Shown here: positions 22,901 through 37,969 of the stretch, piece by piece
Position numbering within the stretch: the first letter of the stretch is position 1
Layout: each line of letters opens with the position of its first letter
DNA from: the human T2T-CHM13v2.0 reference genome, Homo sapiens
Assembly: GCF_009914755.1 (NCBI RefSeq)
Contig: NC_060939.1
Length of the DNA: 64,000 nucleotides
Direction: 5' to 3' (one strand)
Translations under genes and position numbers: made by a program
Notes under the pieces: model-generated
What the model saw: only the letters and a program-made list of their open reading frames with translations
The model's database searches: none
What the model was told of the DNA's origin: nothing

Positions 22901-25900
22901 TCCATTCCATTTGTGTCCACTGCATTCCATTCCACTCCATTCCATATTATTCCATTACACTCCATTCCATTCTATTACTTTCATTTCCATTCAATTCCAT
23001 TCCATTTGATTCCATTCCACTCGGTTTCATTCCATTTGAGTCCACTCCATTCCATTCCATTCCATTCAGTTCCATTCCATTCTGTTCCATTCCATTCCGT
23101 TCCATTACATTCCATTCCATTCGGTACCATTCCATATTGTTCCATTCGATTCCATTCGAATCCATTCCATTCCAGTCCATTCCATTCGATTCCATTCCAT
23201 TCATTTCAATTCCATTCCATTCCATTCCATTACATTCCACTTGATTCCTCTCCATTCCCTTCCACTGCATTCCGTTCGATTCCATTCCATTGCATTGCAT
23301 TCCATTCCATTGGATTGCATTCCATTCGATTCCATTCCATTCGAATCAATTACATAGCAATCCATTACATTCGAGTCTATTCTCTTCCGTTCCATTCGAT
23401 TTCGTTCCAATCCATTCGATTCCATTCCATTCGATTCCATTCCATACTATTGCATTCCATTCGATTACATTATATTCGAATAAGTTCCATTCAAGACCAT
23501 TTCTTTTGAGTCCATTCTATTTGAGTCCATTCCCTTTGATTCCATAACATTTGAGTCCATTCAATTCCATTCCTTTCGTTTCCATTCCATTTGATGCCAT
23601 TCCATTCAATTCTGTTCTACTCGACTCCAATACATTCAATTCCATTCCATCCGATTCCATTACATTCTTTTCATTTCTTATCCATTTCAAGCCATTCCAC
23701 TCCATTCCATTCCACTCGTTTCCTTTCCATTCGAGTCCATTCCTCTCCAGTCCATTCCGTTCAATCCATTCCATTCCAGTCCATTCCATTCGAGTCCGTT
23801 CCATTCCAGTCCATTCCATTCGAGTCAATTCCATTCCATTCGATGTCTTTCCATAACGATCCATTCCATTCTATTCCTTTCGATTCCATTCCATTCTATT
23901 TCATTCCATTCGATTCCCTTCCATTGGACTCCTTTCCATTCGAGTGCATTCCATTCCGTTCCATTTCTTTCCGTTCTGTACGATTCCTACCGTTCGATTT
24001 CATTTTGTTCCAGTCCATTCTTTCGCGTCCATTCCATTCCATTTCACTCCATTCGATTCCATTCCACTCGATTCCACTTCGTTCCATTTCATTGCATTCC
24101 ATTCTATTCAACTCTATTGCCTTCCATTCCATTCCATTCGATTACATTCCATGCGATTCCATTCGAAATCGAATCAATTACATTGCAATCCATTACTATT
24201 GAGTCCGTTTTATTCCAGTCCACTGCATTCTGGTCCATTCCATTTGATTCCATTCCATTCTATTCCATTCCATACAGTTGCATTCCATTGGATTCCATGC
24301 TATATCTATAAATTCAATTCGAGACCATTGCTTTTGAGTCCATTCTATATGATTCCATTCCATTCAAGTCCATTACATTTGGTTAAATTCCATTCCATTC
24401 GGTTCAATTCCATTCCATTCCATTCCCTTCCATTCCATTCCAGTTGATATCAATCCATTCGATTCCATTCCATTCGAGCACATTCCATTCGAGTCCATTC
24501 CATTCGATGCCATTCCATTTGATTCTATTCCATTAGTCTCCATTCAATTCCATTAATCTCCATTCCATTCCATTCTACTCCAACTGATTCCATTCCATTC
24601 CTTTTTATTCCATTTCATTCCATTCCATTCCATTCCATTCCATTCCATTCGTGTCCATTCCACTCCAGTCCATTCCATTCGTATCCATTCCATTCCAGTC
24701 CATTCCATTTGTGTCCACTGCATTCCATTCCACTCCATTCCATATTATTCCATTACACTCCATTCCATTCTATTACTTTCATTTCCATTCAATTCCATTC
24801 CATTTGATTCCATTCCACTCGGTTTCATTCCATTTGAGTCCACTCCATTCCATTCCATTCCATTCAGTTCCATTCCATTCTGTTCCATTCCATTCCGTTC
24901 CATTACATTCCATTCCATTCGGTACCATTCCATATTGTTCCATTCGATTCCATTCGAATCCATTCCATTCCAGTCCATTCCATTCGATTCCATTCCATTC
25001 ATTTCAATTCCATTCCATTCCATTCCATTACATTCCACTTGATTCCTCTCCATTCCCTTCCACTGCATTCCGTTCGATTCCATTCCATTGCATTGCATTC
25101 CATTCCATTGGATTGCATTCCATTCGATTCCATTCCATTCGAATCAATTACATAGCAATCCATTACATTCGAGTCTATTCTCTTCCGTTCCATTCGATTT
25201 CGTTCCAATCCATTCGATTCCATTCCATTCGATTCCATTCCATACTATTGCATTCCATTCGATTACATTATATTCGAATAAGTTCCATTCAAGACCATTT
25301 CTTTTGAGTCCATTCTATTTGAGTCCATTCCCTTTGATTCCATAACATTTGAGTCCATTCAATTCCATTCCTTTCGTTTGCATTCCATTTGATGCCATTC
25401 CATTCAATTCTGTTCTACTCGACTCCAATACATTCAATTCCATTCCATCCGATTCCATTACATTCTTTTCATTTCTTATCCATTTCAAGCCATTCCACTC
25501 CATTCCATTCCACTCGTTTCCTTTCCATTCGAGTCCATTCCTCTCCAGTCCATTCCGTTCAATCCATTCCATTCCAGTCCATTCCATTCGAGTCCGTTCC
25601 ATTCCAGTCCATTCCATTCGAGTCAATTCCATTCCATTCGATGTCTTTCCATAACGATCCATTCCATTCTATTCCTTTCGATTCCATTCCATTCTATTTC
25701 ATTCCATTCGATTCCCTTCCATTGGACTCCTTTCCATTCGAGTGCATTCCATTCCGTTCCATTTCTTTCCGTTCTGTACGATTCCTACCGTTCGATTTCA
25801 TTTTGTTCCAGTCCATTCTTTCGCGTCCATTCCATTCCATTTCACTCCATTCGATTCCATTCCACTCGATTCCACTTCGTTCCATTTCATTGCATTCCAT

Positions 25901-28900
25901 TCTATTCAACTCTATTGCCTTCCATTCCATTCCATTCGATTACATTCCATGCGATTCCATTCGAAATCGAATCAATTACATTGCAATCCATTACTATTGA
26001 GTCCGTTTTATTCCAGTCCACTGCATTCTGGTCCATTCCATTTGATTCCATTCCATTCTATTCCATTCCATACAGTTGCATTCCATTGGATTCCATGCTA
26101 TATCTATAAATTCAATTCGAGACCATTGCTTTTGAGTCAATTCTATATGATTCCATTCCATTCAAGTCCATTACATTTGGTTCAATTCCATTCCATTCGG
26201 TTCAATTCCATTCCATTCCATTCCCTTCCATTCCATTCCAGTTGATATCAATCCATTCGATTCCATTCCATTCGAGCACATTCCATTCGAGTCCATTCCA
26301 TTCGATGCCATTCCATTTGATTCTATTCCATTAGTCTCCATTCAATTCCATTAATCTCCATTCCATTCCATTCTACTCCAACTGATTCCATTCCATTCCA
26401 TTCCTTTTTATTCCATTTCATTCCATTCCATTCCATTCCATTCCATTCCATTCGTGTCCATTCCACTCCAGTCCATTCCATTCGTATCCATTCCATTCCA
26501 GTCCATTCCATTTGTGTCCACTGCATTCCATTCCACTCCATTCCATATTATTCCATTACACTCCATTCCATTCTATTACTTTCATTTCCATTCAATTCCA
26601 TTCCATTTGATTCCATTCCACTCGGTTTCATTCCATTTGAGTCCACTCCATTCCATTCCATTCCATTCAGTTCCATTCCATTCTGTTCCATTCCATTCCG
26701 TTCCATTACATTCCATTCCATTCGGTACCATTCCATATTGTTCCATTCGATTCCATTCGAATCCATTCCATTCCAGTCCATTCCATTCGATTCCATTCCA
26801 TTCATTTCAATTCCATTCCATTCCATTCCATTACATTCCACTTGATTCCTCTCCATTCCCTTCCACTGCATTCCGTTCGATTCCATTCCATTGCATTGCA
26901 TTCCATTCCATTGGATTGCATTCCATTCGATTCCATTCCATTCGAATCAATTACATAGCAATCCATTACATTCGAGTCTATTCTCTTCCGTTCCATTCGA
27001 TTTCGTTCCAATCCATTCGATTCCATTCCATTCGATTCCATTCCATACTATTGCATTCCATTCGATTACATTATATTCGAATAAGTTCCATTCAAGACCA
27101 TTTCTTTTGAGTCCATTCTATTTGAGTCCATTCCCTTTGATTCCATAACATTTGAGTCCATTCAATTCCATTCCTTTCGTTTCCATTCCATTTGATGCCA
27201 TTCCATTCAATTCTGTTCTACTCGACTCCAATACATTCAATTCCATTCCATCCGATTCCATTACATTCTTTTCATTTCTTATCCATTTCAAGCCATTCCA
27301 CTCCATTCCATTCCACTCGTTTCTTTTCCATTCGAGTCCATTCCTCTCCAGTCCATTCCGTTCAATCCATTCCATTCCAGTCCATTCCATTCGAGTCCGT
27401 TCCATTCCAGTCCATTCCATTCGAGTCAATTCCATTCCATTCGATGTCTTTCCATAACGATCCATTCCATTCTATTCCTTTCGATTCCATTCTATTCTAT
27501 TTCATTCCATTCGATTCCCTTCCATTGGACTCCTTTCCATTCGAGTGCATTCCATTCCGTTCCATTTCTTTCCGTTCTGTACGATTCCTACCGTTCAATT
27601 TCATTTTGTTCCAGTCCATTCTTTCGCGTCCATTCCATTCCATTTCACTCCATTCGATTCCATTCCACTCGATTCCACTTCGTTCCATTTCATTGCATTC
27701 CATTCTATTCAACTCTATTGCCTTCCATTCCATTCCATTCGATTACATTCCATGCGATTCCATTCGAAATCGAATCAATTACATTGCAATCCATTACTAT
27801 TGAGTCCGTTTTATTCCAGTCCACTGCATTCTGGTCCATTCCATTTGATTCCATTCCATTCTATTCCATTCCATACAGTTGCATTCCATTGGATTCCATG
27901 CTATATCTATAAATTCAATTCGAGACCATTGCTTTTGAGTCCATTCTATATGATTCCATTCCATTCAAGTCCATTACATTTGGTTAAATTCCATTCCATT
28001 CGGTTCAATTCCATTCCATTCCATTCCCTTCCATTCCATTCCAGTTGATATCAATCCATTCGATTCCATTCCATTCGAGCACATTCCATTCGAGTCCATT
28101 CCATTCGATGCCATTCCATTTGATTCTATTCCATTAGTCTCCATTCAATTCCATTAATCTCCATTCCATTCCATTCTACTCCAACTGATTCCATTCCATT
28201 CTATTCCTTTTTATTCCATTTCATTCCATTCCATTCCATTCCATTCCATTCCATTCGTGTCCATTCCACTCCAGTCCATTCCATTCGTATCCATTCCATT
28301 CCAGTCCATTCCATTTGTGTCCACTGCATTCCATTCCACTCCATTCCATATTATTCCATTACACTCCATTCCATTCTATTACTTTCATTTCCATTCAATT
28401 CCATTCCATTTGATTCCATTCCACTCGGTTTCATTCCATTTGAGTCCACTCCATTCCATTCCATTCCATTCAGTTCCATTCCATTCTGTTCCATTCCATT
28501 CCGTTCCATTACATTCCATTCCATTCGGTACCATTCCATATTGTTCCATTCGATTCCATTCGAATCCATTCCATTCCAGTCCATTCCATTCGATTCCATT
28601 CCATTCATTTCAATTCCATTCCATTCCATTCCATTACATTCCACTTGATTCCTCTCCATTCCCTTCCACTGCATTCCGTTCGATTCCATTCCATTGCATT
28701 GCATTCCATTCCATTGGATTGCATTCCATTCGATTCCATTCCATTCGAATCAATTACATAGCAATCCATTACATTCGAGTCTATTCTCTTCCGTTCCATT
28801 CGATTTCGTTCCAATCCATTCGATTCCATTCCATTCGATTCCATTCCATACTATTGCATTCCATTCGATTACATTATATTCGAATAAGTTCCATTCAAGA

Positions 28901-31900
28901 CCATTTCTTTTGAGTCCATTCTATTTGAGTCCATTCCCTTTGATTCCATAACATTTGAGTCCATTCAATTCCATTCCTTTCGTTTCCATTCCATTTGATG
29001 CCATTCCATTCAATTCTGTTCTACTCGACTCCAATACATTCAATTCCATTCCATCCGATTCCATTACATTCTTTTCATTTCTTATCCATTTCAAGCCATT
29101 CCACTCCATTCCATTCCACTCGTTTCTTTTCCATTCGAGTCCATTCCTCTCCAGTCCATTCCGTTCAATCCATTCCATTCCAGTCCATTCCATTCGAGTC
29201 CGTTCCATTCCAGTCCATTCCATTCGAGTCAATTCCATTCCATTCGATGTCTTTCCATAACGATCCATTCCATTCTATTCCTTTCGATTCCATTCTATTC
29301 TATTTCATTCCATTCGATTCCCTTCCATTGGACTCCTTTCCATTCGAGTGCATTCCATTCCGTTCCATTTCTTTCCGTTCTGTACGATTCCTACCGTTCG
29401 ATTTCATTTTGTTCCAGTCCATTCTTTCGCGTCCATTCCATTCCATTTCACTCCATTCGATTCCATTCCACTCGATTCCACTTCGTTCCATTTCATTGCA
29501 TTCCATTCTATTCAACTCTATTGCCTTCCATTCCATTCCATTCGATTACATTCCATGCGATTCCATTCGAAATCGAATCAATTACATTGCAATCCATTAC
29601 TATTGAGTCCGTTTTATTCCAGTCCACTGCATTCTGGTCCATTCCATTTGATTCCATTCCATTCTATTCCATTCCATACAGTTGCATTCCATTGGATTCC
29701 ATGCTATATCTATAAATTCAATTCGAGACCATTGCTTTTGAGTCCATTCTATATGATTCCATTCCATTCAAGTCCATTACATTTGGTTAAATTCCATTCC
29801 ATTCGGTTCAATTCCATTCCATTCCATTCCCTTCCATTCCATTCCAGTTGATATCAATCCATTCGATTCCATTCCATTCGAGCACATTCCATTCGAGTCC
29901 ATTCCATTCGATGCCATTCCATTTGATTCTATTCCATTAGTCTCCATTCAATTCCATTAATCTCCATTCCATTCCATTCTACTCCAACTGATTCCATTCC
30001 ATTCTATTCCTTTTTATTCCATTTCATTCCATTCCATTCCATTCCATTCCATTCCATTCGTGTCCATTCCACTCCAGTCCATTCCATTCGTATCCATTCC
30101 ATTCCAGTCCATTCCATTTGTGTCCACTGCATTCCATTCCACTCCATTCCATATTATTCCATTACACTCCATTCCATTCTATTACTTTCATTTCCATTCA
30201 ATTCCATTCCATTTGATTCCATTCCACTCGGTTTCATTCCATTTGAGTCCACTCCATTCCATTCCATTCCATTCAGTTCCATTCCATTCTGTTCCATTCC
30301 ATTCCGTTCCATTACATTCCATTCCATTCGGTACCATTCCATATTGTTCCATTCGATTCCATTCGAATCCATTCCATTCCAGTCCATTCCATTCGATTCC
30401 ATTCCATTCATTTCAATTCCATTCCATTCCATTCCATTACATTCCACTTGATTCCTCTCCATTCCCTTCCACTGCATTCCGTTCGATTCCATTCCATTGC
30501 ATTGCATTCCATTCCATTGGATTGCATTCCATTCGATTCCATTCCATTCGAATCAATTACATAGCAATCCATTACATTCGAGTCTATTCTCTTCCGTTCC
30601 ATTCGATTTCGTTCCAATCCATTCGATTCCATTCCATTCGATTCCATTCCATACTATTGCATTCCATTCGATTACATTATATTCGAATAAGTTCCATTCA
30701 AGACCATTTCTTTTGAGTCCATTCTATTTGAGTCCATTCCCTTTGATTCCATAACATTTGAGTCCATTCAATTCCATTCCTTTCGTTTCCATTCCATTTG
30801 ATGCCATTCCATTCAATTCTGTTCTACTCGACTCCAATACATTCAATTCCATTCCATCCGATTCCATTACATTCTTTTCATTTCTTATCCATTTCAAGCC
30901 ATTCCACTCCATTCCATTCAACTCGTTTCCTTTCCATTCGAGTCCATTCCTCTCCAGTCCATTCCGTTCAATCCATTCCATTCCAGTCCATTCCATTCGA
31001 GTCCGTTCCATTCCAGTCCATTCCATTCGAGTCAATTCCATTCCATTCGATGTCTTTCCATAACGATCCATTCCATTCTATTCCTTTCGATTCCATTCTA
31101 TTCTATTTCATTCCATTCGATTCCCTTCCATTGGACTCCTTTCCATTCGAGTGCATTCCATTCCGTTCCATTTCTTTCCGTTCTGTACGATTCCTACCGT
31201 TCGATTTCATTTTGTTCCAGTCCATTCTTTCGCGTCCATTCCATTCCATTTCACTCCATTCGATTCCATTCCACTCGATTCCACTTCGTTCCATTTCATT
31301 GCATTCCATTCTATTCAACTCTATTGCCTTCCATTCCATTCCATTCGATTACATTCCATGCGATTCCATTCGAAATCGAATCAATTACATTGCAATCCAT
31401 TACTATTGAGTCCGTTTTATTCCAGTCCACTGCATTCTGGTCCATTCCATTTGATTCCATTCCATTCTATTCCATTCCATACAGTTGCATTCCATTGGAT
31501 TCCATGCTATATCTATAAATTCAATTCGAGACCATTGCTTTTGAGTCCATTCTATATGATTCCATTCCATTCAAGTCCATTACATTTGGTTAAATTCCAT
31601 TCCATTCGGTTCAATTCCATTCCATTCCATTCCCTTCCATTCCATTCCAGTTGATATCAATCCATTCGATTCCATTCCATTCGAGCACATTCCATTCGAG
31701 TCCATTCCATTCGATGCCATTCCATTTGATTCTATTCCATTAGTCTCCATTCAATTCCATTAATCTCCATTCCATTCCATTCTACTCCAACTGATTCCAT
31801 TCCATTCTATTCATTTCCATTCCATTTCATTCCATTCCATTCCATTCCATTCCATTCCATTCGTGTCCATTCCACTCCAGTCCATTCCATTCGTATCCAT

Positions 31901-34900
31901 TCCATTCCAGTCCATTCCATTTGTGTCCACTGCATTCCATTCCACTCCATTCCATATTATTCCATTACACTCCATTCCATTCTATTACTTTCATTTCCAT
32001 TCAATTCCATTCCATTTGATTCCATTCCACTCGGTTTCATTCCATTTGAGTCCACTCCATTCCATTCCATTCCATTCAGTTCCATTCCATTCTGTTCCAT
32101 TCCATTCCGTTCCATTACATTCCATTCCATTCGGTACCATTCCATATTGTTCCATTCGATTCCATTCGAATCCATTCCATTCCAGTCCATTCCATTCGAT
32201 TCCATTCCATTCATTTCAATTCCATTCCATTCCATTCCATTACATTCCACTTGATTCCTCTCCATTCCCTTCCACTGCATTCCGTTCGATTCCATTCCAT
32301 TGCATTGCATTCCATTCCATTGGATTGCATTCCATTCGATTCCATTCCATTCGAATCAATTACATAGCAATCCATTACATTCGAGTCTATTCTCTTCCGT
32401 TCCATTCGATTTCGTTCCAATCCATTCGATTCCATTCCATTCGATTCCATTCCATACTATTGCATTCCATTCGATTACATTATATTCGAATAAGTTCCAT
32501 TCAAGACCATTTCTTTTGAGTCCATTCTATTTGAGTCCATTCCCTTTGATTCCATAACATTTGAGTCCATTCAATTCCATTCCTTTCGTTTGCATTCCAT
32601 TTGATGCCATTCCATTCAATTCTGTTCTACTCGACTCCAATACATTCAATTCCATTCCATCCGATTCCATTACATTCTTTTCATTTCTTATCCATTTCAA
32701 GCCATTCCACTCCATTCCATTCCACTCGTTTCCTTTCCATTCGAGTCCATTCCTCTCCAGTCCATTCCGTTCAATCCATTCCATTCCAGTCCATTCCATT
32801 CGAGTCCGTTCCATTCCAGTCCATTCCATTCGAGTCAATTCCATTCCATTCGATGTCTTTCCATAACGATCCATTCCATTCTATTCCTTTCGATTCCATT
32901 CCATTCTATTTCATTCCATTCGATTCCCTTCCATTGGACTCCTTTCCATTCGAGTGCATTCCATTCCGTTCCATTTCTTTCCGTTCTGTACGATTCCTAC
33001 CGTTCGATTTCATTTTGTTCCAGTCCATTCTTTCGCGTCCATTCCATTCCATTTCACTCCATTCGATTCCATTCCACTCGATTCCACTTCGTTCCATTTC
33101 ATTGCATTCCATTCTATTCAACTCTATTGCCTTCCATTCCATTCCATTCGATTACATTCCATGCGATTCCATTCGAAATCGAATCAATTACATTGCAATC
33201 CATTACTATTGAGTCCGTTTTATTCCAGTCCACTGCATTCTGGTCCATTCCATTTGATTCCATTCCATTCTATTCCATTCCATACAGTTGCATTCCATTG
33301 GATTCCATGCTATATCTATAAATTCAATTCGAGACCATTGCTTTTGAGTCAATTCTATATGATTCCATTCCATTCAAGTCCATTACATTTGGTTCAATTC
33401 CATTCCATTCGGTTCAATTCCATTCCATTCCATTCCCTTCCATTCCATTCCAGTTGATATCAATCCATTCGATTCCATTCCATTCGAGCACATTCCATTC
33501 GAGTCCATTCCATTCGATGCCATTCCATTTGATTCTATTCCATTAGTCTCCATTCAATTCCATTAATCTCCATTCCATTCCATTCTACTCCAACTGATTC
33601 CATTCCATTCCATTCCTTTTTATTCCATTTCATTCCATTCCATTCCATTCCATTCCATTCCATTCGTGTCCATTCCACTCCAGTCCATTCCATTCGTATC
33701 CATTCCATTCCAGTCCATTCCATTTGTGTCCACTGCATTCCATTCCACTCCATTCCATATTATTCCATTACACTCCATTCCATTCTATTACTTTCATTTC
33801 CATTCAATTCCATTCCATTTGATTCCATTCCACTCGGTTTCATTCCATTTGAGTCCACTCCATTCCATTCCATTCCATTCAGTTCCATTCCATTCTGTTC
33901 CATTCCATTCCGTTCCATTACATTCCATTCCATTCGGTACCATTCCATATTGTTCCATTCGATTCCATTCGAATCCATTCCATTCCAGTCCATTCCATTC
34001 GATTCCATTCCATTCATTTCAATTCCATTCCATTCCATTCCATTACATTCCACTTGATTCCTCTCCATTCCCTTCCACTGCATTCCGTTCGATTCCATTC
34101 CATTGCATTGCATTCCATTCCATTGGATTGCATTCCATTCGATTCCATTCCATTCGAATCAATTACATAGCAATCCATTACATTCGAGTCTATTCTCTTC
34201 CGTTCCATTCGATTTCGTTCCAATCCATTCGATTCCATTCCATTCGATTCCATTCCATACTATTGCATTCCATTCGATTACATTATATTCGAATAAGTTC
34301 CATTCAAGACCATTTCTTTTGAGTCCATTCTATTTGAGTCCATTCCCTTTGATTCCATAACATTTGAGTCCATTCAATTCCATTCCTTTCGTTTCCATTC
34401 CATTTGATGCCATTCCATTCAATTCTGTTCTACTCGACTCCAATACATTCAATTCCATTCCATCCGATTCCATTACATTCTTTTCATTTCTTATCCATTT
34501 CAAGCCATTCCACTCCATTCCATTCCACTCGTTTCTTTTCCATTCGAGTCCATTCCTCTCCAGTCCATTCCGTTCAATCCATTCCATTCCAGTCCATTCC
34601 ATTCGAGTCCGTTCCATTCCAGTCCATTCCATTCGAGTCAATTCCATTCCATTCGATGTCTTTCCATAACGATCCATTCCATTCTATTCCTTTCGATTCC
34701 ATTCTATTCTATTTCATTCCATTCGATTCCCTTCCATTGGACTCCTTTCCATTCGAGTGCATTCCATTCCGTTCCATTTCTTTCCGTTCTGTACGATTCC
34801 TACCGTTCAATTTCATTTTGTTCCAGTCCATTCTTTCGCGTCCATTCCATTCCATTTCACTCCATTCGATTCCATTCCACTCGATTCCACTTCGTTCCAT

Positions 34901-37900
34901 TTCATTGCATTCCATTCTATTCAACTCTATTGCCTTCCATTCCATTCCATTCGATTACATTCCATGCGATTCCATTCGAAATCGAATCAATTACATTGCA
35001 ATCCATTACTATTGAGTCCGTTTTATTCCAGTCCACTGCATTCTGGTCCATTCCATTTGATTCCATTCCATTCTATTCCATTCCATACAGTTGCATTCCA
35101 TTGGATTCCATGCTATATCTATAAATTCAATTCGAGACCATTGCTTTTGAGTCCATTCTATATGATTCCATTCCATTCAAGTCCATTACATTTGGTTAAA
35201 TTCCATTCCATTCGGTTCAATTCCATTCCATTCCATTCCCTTCCATTCCATTCCAGTTGATATCAATCCATTCGATTCCATTCCATTCGAGCACATTCCA
35301 TTCGAGTCCATTCCATTCGATGCCATTCCATTTGATTCTATTCCATTAGTCTCCATTCAATTCCATTAATCTCCATTCCATTCCATTCTACTCCAACTGA
35401 TTCCATTCCATTCTATTCCTTTTTATTCCATTTCATTCCATTCCATTCCATTCCATTCCATTCCATTCGTGTCCATTCCACTCCAGTCCATTCCATTCGT
35501 ATCCATTCCATTCCAGTCCATTCCATTTGTGTCCACTGCATTCCATTCCACTCCATTCCATATTATTCCATTACACTCCATTCCATTCTATTACTTTCAT
35601 TTCCATTCAATTCCATTCCATTTGATTCCATTCCACTCGGTTTCATTCCATTTGAGTCCACTCCATTCCATTCCATTCCATTCAGTTCCATTCCATTCTG
35701 TTCCATTCCATTCCGTTCCATTACATTCCATTCCATTCGGTACCATTCCATATTGTTCCATTCGATTCCATTCGAATCCATTCCATTCCAGTCCATTCCA
35801 TTCGATTCCATTCCATTCATTTCAATTCCATTCCATTCCATTCCATTACATTCCACTTGATTCCTCTCCATTCCCTTCCACTGCATTCCGTTCGATTCCA
35901 TTCCATTGCATTGCATTCCATTCCATTGGATTGCATTCCATTCGATTCCATTCCATTCGAATCAATTACATAGCAATCCATTACATTCGAGTCTATTCTC
36001 TTCCGTTCCATTCGATTTCGTTCCAATCCATTCGATTCCATTCCATTCGATTCCATTCCATACTATTGCATTCCATTCGATTACATTATATTCGAATAAG
36101 TTCCATTCAAGACCATTTCTTTTGAGTCCATTCTATTTGAGTCCATTCCCTTTGATTCCATAACATTTGAGTCCATTCAATTCCATTCCTTTCGTTTCCA
36201 TTCCATTTGATGCCATTCCATTCAATTCTGTTCTACTCGACTCCAATACATTCAATTCCATTCCATCCGATTCCATTACATTCTTTTCATTTCTTATCCA
36301 TTTCAAGCCATTCCACTCCATTCCATTCCACTCGTTTCTTTTCCATTCGAGTCCATTCCTCTCCAGTCCATTCCGTTCAATCCATTCCATTCCAGTCCAT
36401 TCCATTCGAGTCCGTTCCATTCCAGTCCATTCCATTCGAGTCAATTCCATTCCATTCGATGTCTTTCCATAACGATCCATTCCATTCTATTCCTTTCGAT
36501 TCCATTCTATTCTATTTCATTCCATTCGATTCCCTTCCATTGGACTCCTTTCCATTCGAGTGCATTCCATTCCGTTCCATTTCTTTCCGTTCTGTACGAT
36601 TCCTACCGTTCGATTTCATTTTGTTCCAGTCCATTCTTTCGCGTCCATTCCATTCCATTTCACTCCATTCGATTCCATTCCACTCGATTCCACTTCGTTC
36701 CATTTCATTGCATTCCATTCTATTCAACTCTATTGCCTTCCATTCCATTCCATTCGATTACATTCCATGCGATTCCATTCGAAATCGAATCAATTACATT
36801 GCAATCCATTACTATTGAGTCCGTTTTATTCCAGTCCACTGCATTCTGGTCCATTCCATTTGATTCCATTCCATTCTATTCCATTCCATACAGTTGCATT
36901 CCATTGGATTCCATGCTATATCTATAAATTCAATTCGAGACCATTGCTTTTGAGTCCATTCTATATGATTCCATTCCATTCAAGTCCATTACATTTGGTT
37001 AAATTCCATTCCATTCGGTTCAATTCCATTCCATTCCATTCCCTTCCATTCCATTCCAGTTGATATCAATCCATTCGATTCCATTCCATTCGAGCACATT
37101 CCATTCGAGTCCATTCCATTCGATGCCATTCCATTTGATTCTATTCCATTAGTCTCCATTCAATTCCATTAATCTCCATTCCATTCCATTCTACTCCAAC
37201 TGATTCCATTCCATTCTATTCCTTTTTATTCCATTTCATTCCATTCCATTCCATTCCATTCCATTCCATTCGTGTCCATTCCACTCCAGTCCATTCCATT
37301 CGTATCCATTCCATTCCAGTCCATTCCATTTGTGTCCACTGCATTCCATTCCACTCCATTCCATATTATTCCATTACACTCCATTCCATTCTATTACTTT
37401 CATTTCCATTCAATTCCATTCCATTTGATTCCATTCCACTCGGTTTCATTCCATTTGAGTCCACTCCATTCCATTCCATTCCATTCAGTTCCATTCCATT
37501 CTGTTCCATTCCATTCCGTTCCATTACATTCCATTCCATTCGGTACCATTCCATATTGTTCCATTCGATTCCATTCGAATCCATTCCATTCCAGTCCATT
37601 CCATTCGATTCCATTCCATTCATTTCAATTCCATTCCATTCCATTCCATTACATTCCACTTGATTCCTCTCCATTCCCTTCCACTGCATTCCGTTCGATT
37701 CCATTCCATTGCATTGCATTCCATTCCATTGGATTGCATTCCATTCGATTCCATTCCATTCGAATCAATTACATAGCAATCCATTACATTCGAGTCTATT
37801 CTCTTCCGTTCCATTCGATTTCGTTCCAATCCATTCGATTCCATTCCATTCGATTCCATTCCATACTATTGCATTCCATTCGATTACATTATATTCGAAT

Positions 37901-37969
37901 AAGTTCCATTCAAGACCATTTCTTTTGAGTCCATTCTATTTGAGTCCATTCCCTTTGATTCCATAACAT

